Below are positions 1 through 64,000 of a stretch of 64,000 nt of DNA, piece by piece. Within the stretch, counting starts at the first letter, position 1. Every line of letters begins with the position of its first letter. The position numbers and the translations under genes were made by a program. The notes under the pieces are model-generated. The model had not been told where the DNA came from. It searched no databases and saw only the letters and a list, made by a program, of their open reading frames with translations. The stretch lies in contig CP154954.1 in assembly GCA_039621445.1 (NCBI GenBank), forward strand, positions 46,107,847 through 46,171,846, written 5' to 3'. This DNA is from Euglena gracilis (taxonomy: Eukaryota).

Positions 1-57
1 AATGTATTTTTTAAAAAAGGGGGCAAATGGGCAAAAAATCCTGCGGTTGGCCCTCTG

Positions 58-244
58 CGGGCTCCTTTTTAAGTCAGCAACCCCCCCCCGGGGGGGTGGG
101 TCCCGCGCCGGGTATACCTTTTCGGCGCTTTGTGCCGAAAATTTTTGAAAATTGCCTTTAATGGGCCCGACTTTGGGGGCGGGCCCGCGCGCCACCCTGG
201 GTGGGTGGGGGGGACCCCCCCCGGGGGCCTTAAAAAGAAGCCTG
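58..244. mobile_element. hAT-like MITE (CAGGCTTCTTTTTAAG family)
   Basis: Imperfect TIR ending cttaaaaagaagcctg; perfect 8-bp TSD gccctctg. Confidence 0.75.
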
Positions 245-1316
245 GCCCTCTGGTCCAGTGGTCCAGGAGCAGACAATTGCTTAAGCACTGGCCACCCCCG
301 CCCCACAGGGGGTGGGTGACTGCTTTTTTCGGAGTGACTGACTGGTTTTTGGCCCAGACCCCCCCCCCCGTGACTGACTGGTTTTTTTCAGATGGTTGAC
401 TGGTTTTCTGGCGAAGAGCTCCCCCCCCCGCCCGGGGTTGGGTGGATTTTTGGGAATTTTTTGAGATTTTTGGCGATAGTGCTTTGCCAACATAAGCGCA
501 TTCAAGAGTGGCCGATCCCCCCAGGGGGGGGTGAAGTGACTGACTGGTTTTTTGGAAAAAGTGACTGACTGGTTTTTTTCAGAGTGGAAAGTGCCCCCCC
601 CCCCGGGGTCCACCGAAATAAGGTTCGAAAAGGGGTCAAAATGGCCAAAAATGGCATCTTTGGGTGGTTTTTGGGTCTTCAGCACCAAATTTTGGCTGAA
701 AAATGCCAACCCAGGCTTCTGGTGCATTTTTTCCACTCACACAGCTTCCTCCATCACAGCCCCCCAGCCTTAATCTAGCTCCATCCACCAAAATGTCAAA
801 AATGGCAATTGTTTTTGGAAAATTCTGTTTTTCACCGACCCAGCCCAGCCCAGCCCAGCCCCCCAGCCCAGCCCAGCCCAGCCCACCCCCGGCACCCGCC
901 TCCCCCCCCCCCGGGGGGGTCCAGGGGTCCCTGGCCACTCACCACGCAGCAAACTGGGCCAGAAGCGAAGTCAGCGCCGGCCATAAACAGACAAGAAGCC
1001 TAAGTGCAACTAAGGGGGGTCCAGCCAGTCAGCTCAAATCCAGCCAGGAGCCTTTTTGCCGGCCCCGGTCGGAAAATCGCGGGTGACCAAATTGCGGGTC
1101 GGCCCGACCTGTGTGGGTCGGGCCGACCTGGTCGGTAGGAAACGCAATTATCCGCACTACCCCCCCCCCTTTTGAAATCCCGAATCACCCCAAAACCAGT
1201 CAAAACCCACTCCAAAACCCCCCAATCGGGGGTGAATATGCAAAAACTTGGGGGGAAAATGCCCATTTTGGGCCACTTTTGGGAAAAACATTGTCTTTGC
1301 ACATACCTACAAACTG

Positions 1317-1780
1317 GGTCAGGGTCAGGGTTAGGGTTTGGGTCAGGGTTCGGATTAGGGTTTGGTATAGGGTCAGGGTTTCGGGTTAGGGTTGGGTTAG
1401 GGTTCAGCAGGGGGGGGGATGCGTTTCGCATTTTTGCGCATTTTTTCAAATTTTCTAAAAATGCGCATTTTTGCGCATTTTTTCGCATTTTTTGCGCATT
1501 TTTTCGTTTTTTTCAGCACATTTTTTTGCTTTTTGGCACATTTTTTCGGGAGTTTCCAAAATTTTCGCATTTTTTGACCATTTTTGCAATTTTTGACTTT
1601 TTTTGAAACGTATATTTTCCTCATCATTCTACATAATTTCTTCAAATTCGGTGCCATTTTTGCATGTTTTTGGGTAATTTTTGCATTTTCGTGATTTTTG
1701 CACATTTTTTCCTCGGATTTTGCACATTTTTACACAAGGTTAGGGTTAGGTTTAGGGTTTCGGGTTAGGCTTCGGGTTAG
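1317..1780 (+). repeat. Degenerate interstitial TTAGGG-like repeats interrupted by a T-rich ttttgcgcat array
   Basis: gggtta/gggtca/gggttt units at 1317-1404 and 1738-1780; mirror copy at about 61665-62129. Confidence 0.7.
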
Positions 1781-1976
1781 ACGACCAAGGGCGCCGAAGG
1801 CGCCCTCCGACAATGGGTGTCTGATTGCGCATGCTCACAGAACGGTCCGGCAGCAAAGGGATTTTGTTACCCCCCCTAATTGAACCAGGTTTTGAATAGT
1901 GCTGTGCTTTTTATAAGCGCGCCCCCACCCCTTGATTGACCCCCGGCCCGGCAGCCCGGCGGCCCGGCAGCACGAC

Positions 1977-2237
1977 CAGGCTTCTTTTTAAGTCACCTGA
2001 CCCCCCCCCCCCCCCCCCGGGGGGGGGGGTGGGTGGGTGGGTCCGGGCCGGCCCCCCCCGGGGGGGGGGTCCCGCGCCGGAGGCGCTGGGTATACCTTTT
2101 CGGCGCGAAGCGCCGAAAATTTTTGAAAATTGCCTTTAACGGGCCCGATTTTGGGGGGGGTCCCCACCCCCGGGGGGCCCACGCCACCCTGGGTGGGTGG
2201 GGGGGGCCCCCCCCCCGGGTTCTTAAAAAGAAGCCTG
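1977..2237. mobile_element. hAT-like MITE (CAGGCTTCTTTTTAAG family)
   Basis: Perfect 16-bp TIR caggcttctttttaag / cttaaaaagaagcctg; degenerate TSD (7/8 match in the mirror copy). Confidence 0.75.
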
Positions 2238-2363
2238 GCCACCACGGTCCGGCCGGCGGCCCGGCAGCCCGGCGGTCCGGCCGGCAGCCCAGTGGCCCGG
2301 CGGCACGGCGGCCCAGCCGGCGGCCCGGCGGCTCGGCGGCCCAGCCGGCGGCCCGGCGGCCCG

Positions 2364-2790
2364 AAAAACGCTCGTTTTCGGATGAAAGCAGTTTTTCTGG
2401 GTCCGGGAGGCCCAAAAACATCGTTTCGGGCAAAAAATTTTTTGTATTTTTTTCGACTTTTTTGACCCGGTTTTGGCCCGAAGTCAATGGGTTGGCGGCC
2501 CAAAACGGGGCGCTGGTGGGTCGAAAAACGCTCATTTTCGGCTCAAAAACAAATTCTCCGGGTCCGGGAGGCCAAAAAACATCGTTTCGGGCAAAAAAAA
2601 TTTTCGATTTTTTTCGACTTTTTTGACCCGGGTTTGACCCAAAGTCAATGGGTCGGCGGCCCAAAACGGGGCGCTGGTGGGTCGAAAAACGCTCGTTTTC
2701 GGCTCAAAAACAGTTTCTCCGGGTCCGGGAGGCCAAAAAACATCGTTTCGGGCAAAAAAAATTTTGCGATTTTTTTCGACTTTTTTGGCC
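2364..2790. repeat. Tandem repeat, 161-bp unit, about 2.6 copies
   Basis: aaaaacgctc(g/a)ttttcgg recurs at about 2364, 2525 and 2686; mirror copy at about 60655-61082. Confidence 0.75.
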
Positions 2791-3349
2791 GAAAACGGCT
2801 AAGTCGAACAGAAGGAAAAGTGTACAAAATGGCCTGAAATGGCCCAAATTGGCCAAAAAAAACGCCCGTATCTCGGGCTGGGCGGGGAGTTGCGGGGAAA
2901 CCAAAATCCCAGTAGATAGAGCGTTCCAAGGGCTTCAATTTAGGTCTCCGGACATTTCCTTTGATTTTGCAACATTTTCGAGAAATTTTGAGAACGTCGA
3001 TTTTTTGACCCCCCACCCCCCGAAAACGGCTAAGTCGAACAGAGGGAAAAGTGTACAAAACGGCCATGTACACCGAAAACGGCCGTATCTCGGGCTAGGT
3101 GGGGAGTTGCGGGGAAATCAAAATACCGGTGGATGGGGCGTTCCAAGGGCTTCAAATTAGGTCTCCGGACATTTCCTTTGATTTGGCTTCATTTTGGAGA
3201 TATTTTGAAAATTGACATTTTTTGGCCGAAATGGCAGAGTCCAAAGGGGGGGGGGGGGCTTATCCAGGGGGGCGGGTAAATCCTACCGAGTTTGGACCCC
3301 TTCGCGCGTGAATAACTCGGGCCAGGCGGGGAGTTGGGGGTCAAACCCA

Positions 3350-3555
3350 GGTGATTCGGAAACTAGGAATCCAGTCGCTCGCAACTGGAAAAAAAAATCC
3401 GGGAACCGGGACGGGATCATGGTGATAATCCGTCGGTTCCCGAGGTGGCCCCGACCCGGGGGGGGCCCCCGGGGGCGGGGGGGGAGGGGGGGGTTTCGCC
3501 AGGGGTAAGCTTCGCTCTTACCCATAAAGGGATAAGAGCTCAGCGACCCCCCCCT
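3350..3555. repeat. Dispersed repeat family with a terminal hairpin gctcttacccataaagggataagagc
   Basis: Related copies at about 7745-7905, 19475-19760, 45235-45400, 55500-55665 and 59890-60095. Confidence 0.6.
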
Positions 3556-4633
3556 AATTGACCAAACGCCCCCCCCCTTTGAAAAAATGTTTCAACCCCC
3601 CCCCCCCCCCCCTAATTGACTGCCCGGGGAGCACCCCCCATGCTTTTCCCAAAAGTGGCCAAAAATGGCATTTTGCCCCCAAGTTTTGGCATATTCACCC
3701 CCAATTGGGGGGTTCTGGAGCCATTTCAGTGGGTTTTGACTGGTTTTGGGGTGATTTGGACATAAGTTTTTTTCAGGGGGGGGGGGCTTAAATTTCCAAA
3801 AAGGGGGGGGTAGTGCGGAATATTGTGGGTCGGCCCGACCCACACAGGTCGGTAAGCCACCCACACAGGTCGGGCCGACCACAGGTCGGCCCGACCCACA
3901 ATTTGGTCACCCGCGATTTTCCGCACGGAGCCCTTTTTTGCCAGCCAGAGGTGGGCCCCCCCCGGGGGGGTGTCCTTAAGAAATCCCCTGCCAGGGACGC
4001 CAATTTTCAAAAATATTCTTTCGACGGGAAAGGAATTTTTCTGTTTGTTAAAGAAGCACGGCCACAACCCTTGACCTCAACCAACCTCAAAGTGAGGTTT
4101 CCGGGATTCCAGGCTTTGGAAGATCTGCTGCATGGGTGACTTTCATTTTGGCTTTTATTTTGCTGGTTGAATGAATGATTGTTTGAATGTTTGAACGAAG
4201 TTTACCTCAAGGTTTTCATGCAAAAAAAAATCACTATCCCGTTGACTTGGGGGGATGGTGTAATCGCGGTGTAATGCGGTTGAGGAACATTGCCAAGGTT
4301 AGAATACCTCACCTCTGGACTGACAATGACTTGGAAACGACAGTTTACCCGTTGTTCACCAAGGGCCATCAGCATGGCGGATTCGCCTTGCCATACTGGC
4401 CACCTGAGGACCACAATTTGGTGGATTTGGTTGTTGAGAGGTTGGTTGTTGGGACCATCAACTTGGCTGATTCACCCGGGGCTGGTTCATTTGGGGCTGG
4501 TTTTTCAGAGGGGGGAGTGCGTGCTCAGGTGGCGACGCAAATTGGTTTTGGGGTTCATTTGTTCAGTTGGTTCATTTATTCAATTGATTTTCTCCATTGC
4601 ACCCATTGAGCCAAACTTTTTTTTTAATTTCAG

Positions 4634-42836
<38,203 letters not shown>

Positions 42837-43375
42837 GCGGCTGGCCCGCTGTGTTCCGCATTTCACTTTCAACCCGCTGTCTTTCACACTCGGCTTTTCC
42901 ACGCCTTTCTGGAGACCAACCACCAAGTGAGTTTTCCAGTGGTGTGCATTTTCCACACGGTTGTTTGCAGTTGTGTGGGTTTGGAAGCGCTGACAAAAGC
43001 CCCAACTGCTTTGGGCAGGGTGGGGAGGCTCAACAGGAGCATATGTGTGGGTCAGCGGTCAGGCCAAGAAGAGGGAAAAGAGCCAGAGAGAGGCATCACA
43101 AGCACATCGGGATTTGTAAAAGGAGTTTGGGTCCCCTGCCCCAGGACACACTGGCAAACGTTCTTTATGACCCAATTGCAGCAAAGATTCGAATAGAGGG
43201 AAAGGATAATTAAGCCGAAAAACAAGCAACCTTCACCTTGTTGTTGTTTTTTGCAACACCCTGATCAGGGGATGTCTTGAACCGGCCAGATCCAGCGTAA
43301 GAATTCCCCTGACCCGGACACAATAGCTTTGCACTGGAAACAACACAAAAAAATGCCTGCACGCAAACACCCACT

Positions 43376-63810
<20,435 letters not shown>

Positions 63811-64000
63811 CTGCATTGCAGCAACCATCAAAACAGAATGTTGTGAAATCCAAACACACCCGCAAGTCCCAGAAAACTGGCAGCTGGGTGCTCAATGCTT
63901 CAGCCTGAGGTGGAACGAAAACAAATTTTTCAGCCAACAGGGTGACATTGGGAAACAGTGAAAAAAAATGCAGTTCTCAGCAATGAAAAGTACCCCCTTT

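Noticed and set aside
2364-3200. CRISPR-like array
   Set aside because: The units are whole tandem duplications without unique spacers, there are no cas genes, and the context is eukaryotic.
3512-3545. Hairpin as tRNA, ncRNA or terminator
   Set aside because: It recurs as the end of a dispersed repeat in both orientations and has no tRNA or known RNA features.
4187-4609. 140-aa ORF upstream of the first exon
   Set aside because: No recognisable domain, and the mirror copy lacks the full-length ORF.

Overview
Eukaryotic, intron-rich nuclear DNA, most likely from a photosynthetic euglenid. This is inferred from a plastid-protein polyprotein plus euglenid-type nonconventional introns. Almost all ORF-track entries are spurious. 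The real coding content is a spliced gene for a polyprotein of tandem photosystem I subunit PsaD units joined by [12 protein letters not shown]-type linkers. On the + strand it runs from before the window start to a stop at 42834-42836 and has at least 5 units. Unit 4 is a short, very divergent PsaD-like domain that is still in frame. Units 1-3 are duplicated as an inverted repeat of more than 20 kb (1-22337 vs 43171-63453), giving a convergent minus-strand copy that ends after unit 3. Introns are packed with MITEs, mostly with CAG...CTG termini and 8-bp target-site duplications (hAT-like). Three exon sites carry nonconventional introns whose 3+5 nt boundary geometry equals exactly one 8-bp TSD. 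One of these still has a perfect TSD and terminal inverted repeat, pointing to a direct hAT-MITE route to nonconventional introns.
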